Below, piece by piece: positions 46,877 to 58,300 of a stretch of 64,000 nucleotides of DNA. The first letter of the stretch is position 1. Each line of letters starts with the position of its first letter. Where the stretch lies: NCBI GenBank assembly GCA_965178125.1, contig OZ237743.1, positions 1,302,001-1,366,000 on the forward strand. The letters run 5' to 3'. The DNA is from Bilabrum cf. latius (taxonomy: Eukaryota). Below the pieces are notes generated by a model. It was not told the DNA's origin and ran no database searches. It was given only the letters and a program-made list of their open reading frames with translations. A program made the position numbers and the translations under genes.

Positions 46877-48682
46877 ATGTCATCATCGTCGTCAAGGGGT
46901 CCGAAAGGGCAAACGGCCGCGGCGGCCGCGGCTGCCGCTGCAGCAGCTGCGGCAGCTGCAGCGGCCAGCGCAAAGCAGGTTCACGCCGCAGTTGCTAGGG
47001 ACGGTGTTCCTCTGGTGCCGCAGATGAGCCTTGCCCCGAATCCATCTGGTCCCGCGGCTGCCCGAGCTGCAGCAGCTGCGATCGCGGCAAACGCCGCCGT
47101 GGATGCGGCGAAGGCGAGCAGCCGGATGGCCGGGAAGCCGGGGCCGCAAAAGCGATCGGCATCGTCTGCTTCCAGCAGCGGTCGTCGCAAGTCCTCCGCT
47201 GAGAAGTAGCCCCCCGAGCCGATGCCGCCCCTCATGCCCGCTGTGCTGCCCATCCCCGAGGCGGTGGCATACGTGCAGGAAGCGGCCCTGCCCCCGCAGC
47301 TGCGCTCCCCGGACGTGGAAGCCCGCATGCGCATGCCGCTGGAGGAGCGCCTGCTCCCCGTGGTGCGCAAGCACGTGGTGGGCTACGGCAAGACCACGTG
47401 CAAGCCGGTGGAGAGGGACCCGGCCAGGTTCGCTGGACTCATCTCCAGACAGTGCCCCGTGGGCTACACGAGCAAGCGGGGCAAGACGTTCTACCTGGGC
47501 TGCTACCCCGCCACTCAGCGCAAGGAGAATCCCTGGCGCTGCAAGGCCTCCCTACCCGTGCCGGGGGCCAAGGTGAATGAGAAGACGGGCAAGCGCAAGG
47601 TTGAGCAGCGGTTCATCGGAACATTCAAGCACCAGGTCGCGGCGGCCATCGCCTACGACCAGTTTGTGCTGTACGCAGGCGCCACGGCCGTGCGCAAAGT
47701 GAACTTCACGGAGCCCATGCGAGCCTACTTGGAGCTGGAGATGCAGAGGAGCCCCGAGCAAGAGCCCGTGGTCCCGGGCATGCAGGAGCACACCGCACGT
47801 GTGGCGGAGGAGCGGCGCAAGCAGGAGGAGGCAAGGGCAGCGAGCAAGGCAAGGGCGGCGAGCAAGAGGGCACAGGCAGCGCATGCCGCTGGTGGCCCGC
47901 AGATGCCTGGGCCCATGATCGGGGGCATGTCCCCTCACGACATGCGACAGCAGATCCAGAACCACGCGCTGCAGCTGCACATGCACCAGATTATGCAGGC
48001 TGGTGCCGTTGGAGGTGCCTCGGCCGGCATGCGGATGGGCACGGTGGGCATGCCCCCGATGCATGCTGCCACTGCGGTCTCATCGAGCGTATCTTCCGCG
48101 GCTGCATCTGCAGCGGAGGCGGCGGCTGCGGCCCAGCACGCCGTGCATGCGGCTCAAGCCGCAGCATAGGCCGGCCAGGTGCAAGCGCAGGCCCAAGGTG
48201 TGGCAAATGCTGCTGCCCTGGCCGCAGCGCAGGCGGCTCGATCGGCGGGGAGTGGCAATGCCGTCGGCAGCAGCAGCAGCAGCAGCAGCAGCAGCGCCAT
48301 GTCTAGCAGCGGCTCGCTGGCGCCAGTCAGCCGCGCTCTGGCGGCTGTGGGAAGCAGCGGGGCTGCGGCTCCTCCTCAATCCGGCATGGGTGTGCAGCAT
48401 GATGGCTTGGAAACCGCGGCAATTTCTGCGGCACTCATGGCGGCGCAGGACAGCACCAGAGCGGGAGTCAGAGCTGGGGCTGGGGCTGGGGCTGGGGCAG
48501 GGGCAGGGGCGGGGGCAAGTATCGTGCACCCGATGGCGCAGCAAGCGCAGCTTGGCTCCAAGCGTGGGAGGGAGCAGGCTGGGGCTGCTTCTGGTGCCGG
48601 TGAAAGCGCCAAGCAAGCTCGCAGCAGGGGGGGGGAGAAGGGAGATGAAGGGGGGGACGCCAAGCGAAGTCGGACCAGCTAA
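46877..48682 (+). CDS. AP2/ERF-domain transcription factor-like protein, ~600 aa; 2 in-frame TAG (47207, 48167)
   Basis: YLGCY...WRC...RFIGTFKHQVAAAIAYD...VNF; Ala/Gln/Met-rich flanks; ends TAA. Confidence 0.72.
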
Positions 48683-48824
48683 TGCGGGTCACTGCCGCTT
48701 CCGCAGTAGTAATTGATATTTACCGTGCTTCGCCTGCATATATATGAATACGCACTTTGTCGGTTCCTTGGGTGGATATGAATTTATTGGATTGGTGTCC
48801 CGTCCAGGGCCGGCACAAGCCGAT

Positions 48825-50088
48825 TTACAGCCCGATCTCCTTGAGCTGCCCCAGCACTGTCTCGAGGTCCTTGGTCCGCTCCAGCCAGTCCTTGGGCAGC
48901 ATGCTGCTCCCGTGCACGGCGCCCAGCAGTCCCCCGGCGATGATGGCTCGCGGGGCCGATGCCCCCAGAGGCGCGAGCGTGGCCCTCAGCCGAGCCACCG
49001 CCTCGCTGGCCCCGTCCTGCGAGTACGTCTCGAGGTCCTCCCCAAGGCGGGAGGCGGGCGCAGCTGCAGCGGCCATGCCCAGCACCGCCACCGTGGGCGC
49101 CGAGCATCCGCCTCCGCCGGGGAAGCTGGTCACATCGGCCCCGTGTGAGGGCTTCCCCCCGTCCCCCTCCTCGGGGTCCTTGGGGGCGAGCAGGGCATCC
49201 AGGGCTGCGACGGCCTCCTTGGCGGCCTCTCCTGCCTCGGGGAGGTCCTTCAGGGCCTGCTCCTTGCCGATGCGAACGGCGTCAGTGGCCGTCTTGGCTG
49301 CTCCAGTGACGGCTGCCTCGACGCTCCTGGCGACGAGCATGGCCGCAGCCACCGCCTTGTCGTCGTCCTGCACAGAGCGAGTGGCCTGCTCCACGGCCGA
49401 CGCGAAGCCCTTTTTCCCTGCTAGCAACGCACCGATCGCAACCGCCTTTGCAGCGCCGTCAGTCTGCGGGTCCTCGTGTCCCTGCGGATACTTGGCTCCA
49501 GCTGCGTGCTCCTTCAGGGCGTCCAGCCAGGCATGGTGCTACCACGGACCCTTCACCGGCCAGTTTTCCTTCTCTTTCTGCTTGCTAATGTCTCCGAACG
49601 CCCCGCTCTCTTGCCTGCTCTTCACATACTCTTGCGCGTGCTCCATGTACTTGCCCTGGTCGAACGAGCCGCCGTTGGAAGCGATGTGGCCGATGAGCTG
49701 CAGCAGCTCATGGCCAAACGTGGACTGCTCGCCAACCTCAACGGCGTAAAACGGACTAGCACTCTTCGGGGCGAACTCTGGAGTTGCTTCTGCTCCTTTC
49801 AGCGCTGCGAGCTTGTCAGCGGCTTCATAGATCCAGTCTGTTGTAGAGGCCGCTGCGCCGCCACAAACGGCTCCGATAATAGAACCTGCAGCGTGGACAT
49901 GCCAAAATGCAGAGGATCAAGCATAGACCACGCATGCTTGGTTTTCAACACGATTCACTGAGATCTCGTTTTGCCGACGTGGCACCAAGTGCACTTGCAG
50001 TGAAAGGATCCACTGCTCCTGTTAGCTTACCCCTCTGCCTGTCAGCTTGGTCACCACTTGAAGCCGAAGTTTCTGCTGCACCTGCCAT
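48825..50088 (-). CDS. ADP-ribosylglycohydrolase-fold protein (crystallin J1/SelJ-like); intron 50030-49886; TAG at 49539-49541
   Basis: DRQRG|SIIGAV...WIYE...PEF.PKSASPFY...GEQSTFG...PVKGPW[TAG]H...GALLAG...GGLLGAVHG...LPKDWL; ends TAA. Confidence 0.75.
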
Positions 50089-50588
50089 AATGCTGTTGGT
50101 ATCTATATCAGGGGATTGGAGTGCAAGGCCACTCGCGTCGTCAGCCAATCCAATGGATGCGTCACACGTTGGACCGCCGGCGTGGCATTCCAAAACGGCC
50201 TCCATGCCGACCACATGCAAGACATTCCAAGCTACAAGAGAACCTAGGATAGATATTCGCATAGGCTTTGCCTTCTTTAATGAGGGAAATTTTGTTGATG
50301 GCCGCATCGGATTTTATTTTTTCGCACTGTGACCAAACACTGCACTGAAATCATATGACTGACAGGAGTTCAACTGCCTGATCGCGAAAACTCAATCTAC
50401 ATGCAACAGCAGCATAAACATGGCAGCGTGTCCTGGCGCGAAAGCCAGTCCCGAAGCCAACATACTTGCATTCGGCAAAGCAATATCCCAAAAGAGGGCT
50501 ACAGCTCACCGAGCGTCTGTGATTCCAGACTCCTCCGTTCTCTGGCGCCGCTGCGGAAATTCGCCTCTCTCATCAACGGATGCTCCTC

Positions 50589-52070
50589 TCAGGCCCTGAT
50601 CTGGAATCGCCCGGTCCTCATGAATGCCTTGACACCCTTGAAGAACCTGTAGCTCTCGGAGCTCAGCAGCACGTCCCTCACGCCCAGCCCGCTGGCAGTG
50701 CCAGAGCCCATCACGAACCGCAGCAGGGAGTGGATCCGCTCGATGGGAGTCTCTGCGCCCTCCTCACACGTGGCAGTCCCCTCCAGCCGAGGGGTGGTCC
50801 CCGGGGGGAAGGCCCCCACGATCCACGTGACCGTGTTGGCCTTGGGGTCGTACGATGCCTTGCCGTGCGTGGGCTTCAGGTTCACCGAGTTCACCGCCTT
50901 GGGGAAGAAGATCAGCAGGCCAACGTCCTCAGCCACCGGTGCGCTGGGCTTGCCGGAACCAGCCACCACCCCGGTGCCTCCCGAGGAAGAAGCCGACCTG
51001 GACGAGACGCCTCCACGCACTGCGGTGGGGCGCGCCCCCAGCTCGAAGCGGACCTTGGCCTCGTGCCCGTGCCACTGCACGTCGGGCCGCACGGACACGG
51101 GCGCGTGGAAGGGCCCCCTCTGCGCGCACCTGTACTGCATGAGTCGGAATGGTCCGTCCGGGGGCACGAAGGAGAGGCAGCGGTCCGTCTCGAACTTGCC
51201 CAGCCGCACGCAGGGGTGGAAGGACGCGTCCTCGATCAGGCCGGGGTCGCTGAAGAGCAGAGTCAGGTCCGGGAAGCCGCTCATCTTGCAGTTGCAGTGC
51301 AGCGTGCCCCGGATGTCAGTGTGCGTGACCACGCCGTTGCCCTCGACGATGGCGTCCACCTCCTCGCGGAGATCGAAGAAGATCTCGTTCGCCGTGTACT
51401 TGACGTCGCTGCGACGCCATGGGATAATGCTAGTGGCCCCAGCCCCGAGTTTGTCGCCGAAGGTGGTCCGCTGGCCGGTCACGAATGTCGTGAATCGCGA
51501 CAGCACCGATGGGGGAGATACAAGCGTGACCAGCGCATTCGGCTCGGTCAGCATGGTGTAGCCCAGAGCAACCATCTCGTGGAGCAATTGGTAGGCGATC
51601 GCGAAGTTGTTCATCAGGACGCGAGAGGTGTGTGAGCCGAAATACAACTCGTACACGTCCACGATCCTGTGGAGCAACTCGATCACCAAAAGCGGTGGCG
51701 CATCACCGGAGAGCACCGCCACATAAAAGCAATCGTTTCTAAGAATCGATACAATGTAGTTCTTCCCTGCCACCAAGACGGGGGGAACCTCGTCGCGCCT
51801 TGGACAAGCGTTCATCACCTCCCAGAACGTGTCTACGACGGCCCTGCCAGTCATGCTGTCCCAATGCTTCTCCAGCACCACATCACTGCGATGAAAATCA
51901 TAGTTTAAGCAATAAGAATCAATCCTGCAGCATTGATGTCGGCTTCTGGTGCAGCCCGACGCATGCAAAGCATCAAGCTTCGCCGACAGGCGCGCAATAC
52001 CGGCAGATTTTTCGGAAGTAGTCTGAGCTCACCCGTTGCTCGAACTCAAAACAAACAATGATTGCAACAT
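50589..52070 (-). CDS. AP3M: AP-3 complex mu subunit; intron 52032-51886; no in-frame TAG
   Basis: MLQSLFVL...LEKHW, PPLLVIELLHR, IPWRRSDVKYTANEIFFD, SFHPCVR, SFVPPDG.F.LM, FKGVK...GRFQIRA followed by TGA. Confidence 0.93.
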
Positions 52071-52354
52071 GGATTGAGCTATAAGCCAGCAATTAGTTGC
52101 CAAACGGGCAGGATCGTTTGCTTTTCTTGCTCGCGATTTTGTGTGCTCGTAAACACACACAACTTAAATTATCTGGTTATTCACAGGCAGTCCTGAGTCT
52201 GCAACAAACTGGCTCAAGGCTGCTCTTTTTGGTGAGTTTTCTTGTATCTATCGCAATAATCGGTGTATCGCTATTGTATTACAGACCAGCATGGCACAAA
52301 TGCTCCCGCTGTACTCTTCCAACCATGCAGTACCGCTGCCAACTGTAAAGGGCA

Positions 52355-55300
52355 ATGTCAGGGAGTTTTCCTCCTGAACCGTTGTCCAAACAAGCTGCGT
52401 GGCTCCAGTACCCCCCAAGAGGCGTTGTATCAGCGGCTGCCCTCCAGTCAATCGACTTGGATGCTGGTGGTGCTGCTGCTTAGCCAGTCCCAGGACCCGC
52501 ACGCTTCCTTCAATTCAGCAGAAATTCACGTGGAGCTGCTGGTGCAGCTCTAGATGATGACCCTGACTCTATCGTGCGATCGTGGTCACGGGCATCTCCA
52601 GAAACAGCCGGGGAAAAGCACGGTGCTGCCTTAGGCCAACAAAGCATGAGCAGCGAGCATAAGGGACCTGCTCCTGTTGCACGTAACGAGCCTGGTATCA
52701 GCATTGATGGTGATTTGGTACTAGCATTGGAGCCAAGTGGGTCCTCCAACACGGCTCGATGGGACAAGGAGAGGCGTCGAGCTGCACTTCTCGGGCCAAG
52801 ACCGCAGGACAGACCGAAGCGGCGCTCGATGCTGGACGGCAGCTCCAGCTCCAGCTCTAGCTCAGAAAGTGACGATGACGACGATGGCGAGGATCGACTG
52901 GACCCTGGGAGTGACGCTCGCGCTGCAATGGAGGCCGCAAAAGATCAGGATTCCCAGGGGCAGTCAAACTTTGACCTAATGATGCAGCTACCAAGCGAAT
53001 TCCGTCGCATGCTCTACTAGCTTGTAGTCTGGCCGTGGTTCGACCGAGTGGTGCTGATGCTTGTCTTTGTCAATTGCATATTCTTGGCATTGGACCGCCC
53101 CGGGGTAGACCCCGACTCTGCGCTAGGCCAGGTCATCGCGACGTCTGACCTTGTGTTTGTGATCATCTTTGCAGTGGAGTGCGGCATCAAGCTGGTGGCC
53201 CTGGGCATCATGAGGGAACCGGACGGGTACTTTAGGAGCGCGTGGAACTGGCTGGATTTCCTCATCGTGATAGAGGGGATTGTCAGCACCAGCACGGACG
53301 GGGACGGACAGCTGAGCGGGCTGCGGGCCTTCCGCGTGCTTCGGCCTCTCAAGACAGTGTCCAGGCTGGAGGGGCTCAAGGTCCTCGTGAATGCGCTGCT
53401 GGCGTCGCTACCTATGCTGTGCAATACTCTCATCGTTTGCGGGTTCTACTTTGTTATTTTCGGGATCGTGGGTGTTCAGATTTGGCGAGGACTCTTCGTG
53501 CAGCGGTGCTTCATGCGAGACTCTGGGCTGCTCGACCCAGAGGACGAGCGGCTGTGTGGCGGCATGCACCAGTGCCGGCAGGAAGCATTTTGCGGTGAGT
53601 GGACCGAAAATCCAGCTGAAGGGGTGGTGTCCTTCGACAACATCCTGTGGGCGTGCAGTACCATCTTCGCCTCGATCACGCTGGAGGGGTGGGCGCAGGC
53701 CATGTACGACTCCCAGGACTCGGGCGGGAGGTGGAGCTGGCTCTTCCACGTGCTCATGATCGTGTTTGGCGCCTTCATTTTGATGAATCTCACGCTTGCC
53801 ATCATTCTGACCAAGTTCCGAGACAGTGTAGAGGAGCAGGAGCGGGACAAGGTGCGGGCTCAGCTCTTGCAGGAGAGGAAGGCTCTCATGAAGGCGCGCA
53901 TCATGCGCATGCGGAGGGAGAGAGAAGCTATGCGCGCGCAGCAGGCCATAGGGGCAGTCACACAGACCGCCAGTCTCAAACTTGCGCAAGCTGCCAGCAG
54001 AGCAAAGGCAAGAATCGCCAAGTCGGCTTCACAGCGAAGTGCGGGCAAGGACGGCCGACCGAGCGATGGAGAAGCCCACCCGCCATCCATTGCAGCCCCG
54101 ACCGGTCCATCTGCCGTGCATACCGAGCAGCTCTCCGTCGACCGTCTGGGTCCTGGCATCGATGCAGGCTCGATCGAGATGACTGCTGCGGGCAGCCGAG
54201 CAGCAGGGTCGGGTAGGCCCGGCTCCGCCTCCCCAGAACACGACGAGAACCAAGGGGAGGACCCCAACATGGACTTCTAGCTCGACGGGGCTACCGCTGG
54301 CCAGGCTCGTTCGAATGCCCATGTGGGGCTTGGTGCGATCAGCAAGCGCTCAAACCTGGGGGGTACTGGACGGGCTACCGCGGACCAGTGGGTGCGTGGC
54401 GAGAGGAAGGTGCGGTCCAGCGGGGAGGAGGAAGATGTCGAGGGGATGCTGAGCGACTATGATGAGTATGGTGACGACTCGGACGACGACGACGAGGACG
54501 GCGACGGGCTATTTGGCGCTGTCTCGTGGTGCTGCGTTGCTGCTTGGCAAGGCCTTCTTGCGGCGACTGCGTGCGTAGATGCTGCAATATGGGCGCCCAT
54601 CCGGGAAGTTGTGGGTCCCGTCGCCACGCATTCATGGTTCGACAGCGCTATCCTGGCTTGCATCGTGCTCAACACTGTAGTGCTGGCCATTGACCACCAC
54701 AACATGGACGCAGAGCTGGAGCGGGGCTTGGCCACCGCCAACATCATATTCACCTTCATTTTCGTCGGAGAGATGGTGCTAAAATGGCTGGGGCTAGGCC
54801 TCTACGTGTACTTTTCGGAGGCATCCAACACGTTCGATTTTGTCATCGTGGTGCTGTCTCTAGTGGAAGTGGGACTCGGGGGCTCGTCTTCATTCGCTGC
54901 CTTCCGGACTGTCCGGCTCTTCCGAGTCGCTCGAGTGGCCAAGTATCTGAAATCAATGAAAATGATCATCGATGTGGTGGGGCGATCGCTGGAGAGTTTC
55001 GGATACATCGCTTTGCTGCTGCTCCTGTTCTGCTTCATCTACAGCGTGCTAGGCATGCAGCTATTCGGTGGTGCGTTCGATGAGTCCGTCGCACTGGGTG
55101 AGGAGCTTCCGCGAAACAACTTCGACACACTGCTGTGGTCTTTCGTGACAGTGTTTCAAATCCTTGCTGGAGAAGCCTGGAATGAGGTCATGTACAGCGT
55201 GGTGGGTGCAACAAGCCCCATCTATATACTGTACTTCATCTCGTGGGTGGTCATCGGTCAGTTCATCCTGCTGAACCTGTTCCTTGCAGTTCTGCTGGAC

Positions 55301-58300
55301 AACTTCTCGCAGTAGGAGGAAGAGGACGAGGAAGAACTGGAGAGGGAAGCGCTGCACAAAGTAGAGCATGCGTCCTAGATCCAGCAAGGCGACGGCATAC
55401 CCGGTCGGGAGAGCCCTGTGAGAGTGACAGCTCTCGCAGATGCCACCGGGATTCAGGCTGCAAACGAGTAGACTCGGCGGGCAAGGGTCGTGCAAGCAGA
55501 AGAGAGCCAGTCTAGGCATGCCGAAGAAGACTTGTTGTGCGGGTAGAGAGCTTCTCGAGCGCTGTGCTTCCCTGCCCGAATGCTATGCAATGCTTGTGGC
55601 AATCCCAGCGCCATGGACGACGCCCAGTCTCGCATGGCGTCAGCTGCATCAGAGCGACTGCGAAAGCAACGACGATCTCGCAAGGTGAGACAAGCACTTG
55701 AGAAGGCGGCAAAATCCCGTGCAGCCAAAGTCTCAAACCGCTTGGAAACGGCACGGCTGTCACTGGGTAGCCTTGGATTCATGCGGCCCCGGTGTGAAGT
55801 GGCTCTGATGGCCATGTTGCGGCCTCTGGAGCCAGGTGCGCTGCAGGAGTATGCTGTGCAGCAGGCCCAGCAGAGCGGGCTGGCCGAAGATCATGGCCTG
55901 GACGGGGTTGGGCTCGTAGCAACCAGCAGCGCGATAGCAACTGCGGCACACTCCCATGCGGCTCAACCGGATACGTTTGGCAGTGGGCAAGCAGCGGGGG
56001 CTTAGCACAGTGTGCAGCGAGAAGCCTCGGAGCGCTCCAAGATCTCGGCCATGTCCAGCGAAGGGGAGGTGGGTGTGTCGCTTCCCGAAGCCTCCGTGCG
56101 TCTATCCGAGGTCATGCTGCGAGAGCTAGTGTACTTGCAAGCGGAGAAGCGTATCAGGGCGATTCGGGAGCGAAAGCAATAGATTGTGGAGGCCCAAGCA
56201 GGCTTGATGCCTGTCGATAGTCCATCCGCAGTTGCTGCTGTGGAGCAGAGCCAAGCCGGGAGAGGACCGAGCGACCCCCGGGTAGACCGGCAACGCATGT
56301 TCCGGGCTGCATCATCTCCTGCCATGCAGCGAACTCTGTCGAAGATCAGCCCGCTGCAGAAGGTTCTGCTGGAGGTCGAGGACGCGCTCCCACCACTGAA
56401 CAGGCTGGACGCCATCCGAATGGCCAATCTAGAGAGGGTCATGAGCGGCAGGCCCAAGGTGGTCCTAAAGCCTAGGCTGCCCATCACACTCGCGTACGAG
56501 CTTGGATCCAGCACGCAATGGGCACGATAGCTGCAGCCAGACCGCCCCATGCTGCTAGATGTGCCCCAGGACGAGCACGACCGGCGGCTCGTGGTGTGCA
56601 TGAACGTTGTCCGCAAGTGGCGAGATTTCATGGGCGCTCGCAGGCCAGCGCCTGCGAATGAGGAGGCGCAGGTGAAGCTTGCTGAAATCGATGCCGTGCG
56701 TCGCATTCGAGCACATTCTGCGATGTCAGCTGGAGTCTCTCCGCTCGGCGAGCGTCAAGCAGCGAGTCGCAATGGTGGCTAGGACTCTCCGGTCGTCCGT
56801 ATCGCAGCGGGCAGCGGCGAATCGAATGATAGCCCATCCGCGAGTCGGGGCAGTCAGAGCCATGCTGATTCGAACGCGGTACTGGTGGATGCTGCAAATC
56901 TGGACCAAGCTCTGGAGTTTGGCGAGATCAATTATTATGGAGGACAGGAGGCGCCGGGCTAGCCGGCAGCCGACGCTCAGCTTCCCTCAACGCAGGCACG
57001 AATGGCTGCACTGACGTGCGTCGATGCTTGGGAGCACGTGCTAGCCCGCTCGCTGGGCCTCCTCGTGGACCGCCGGATCAACCCCGCTGACGCAGACCTC
57101 TCAGATGAGCGAGAGATTGAAGACGGCATCTTGTTGCCGAGAGAGGCGCCACCACCGGAGTCCCCTGCATCCGCACCTTCAAAGCCAGGCGGTGGCGGCG
57201 ATGAACCCGATCCAGACTTGCCCGAAGCTCTGGAAGCGTTGATGCTGGACGACGAAACCGCGGAGCGGCGCATCTTCATGGAGTACCAGGGCAACCACGT
57301 GTGCTGCGTGCCGCGGCACAGCTACCTTGCGAAGAGCATGCGGTACTTCGTGGAGCACCCTTTCACTGTGTGCACCATGCGGGGGAAGCCCTGGAACATA
57401 ACGTTCGATGGCATCGTCCTCGTCCTCATCATCATCAGCTCGGTTCTGCTGGCATCCGAGCCTCCGCCAAGGGACGGAGTCACGCAACCTGGTGTGGGGG
57501 TCAACTCCACCGGGGGCGATGCACTGGACCCCTCACAGCCGCTGGTTGCGCTAGAGATCGTGTTTACAATCCTGTTTACCGCTGAGATTGTCATAAAGGT
57601 GCTTGCGTATGGGTTCCTGTTCGCTCCTGGAGCCTACCTGCTGTCTGCCTACAACGTGATCGATTTCCTGGTTGTGGTGGCATCCGTGCTGAATCTGTCG
57701 CTGACTCAGTACAACTTCGGATTTTTGCGGACACTGAGGCTCCTCCGCACATTGCGGCCTCTGCGCGTGATCAGCAGGAACGAGGGGATGCGCGTGGTCG
57801 TGAGCGCCCTCATCTCGAGTGTAGGGGGCATCGTGAACGTGGCCGTCGTGGTACTGCTCGTGTGGCTCATGTTTGCAATCCTGGGCGTGCAGCTGTTCTC
57901 AGGCCGCATGGGAGACTGCAATGACCCTGACTTCCCGGCTGGTGCCCCTCGAGAGGGCGTACTGGTGCAGCCAGGCAACTCTTCCGCGGGGTACGTCGTG
58001 GACCCATGCGGCCCAGGAGTATTCTTTACGGACGAGTCGGGTGAGCGCGCTGAGCGCGAGTGGGTCACGCCAGATCAGAACTTCGACAACGTATTCAACG
58101 CCATGCTCCTGCTGTTCGTGACCAGCAGTGGCGAGGGGTGGCCAGACGTGATGTTTCGCACGGCTGACGTGACCGGCGTGGAGAAACAGAGGGAGAGGGG
58201 TGCGAGCGCAGTCGCGGTCCTGTACTTCATCGCCTTTATCATAGTGGGGTCATTCTTCTTCTTGAACCTGTTCGTCGGCGTGGTGTTCGACAACTTCATG

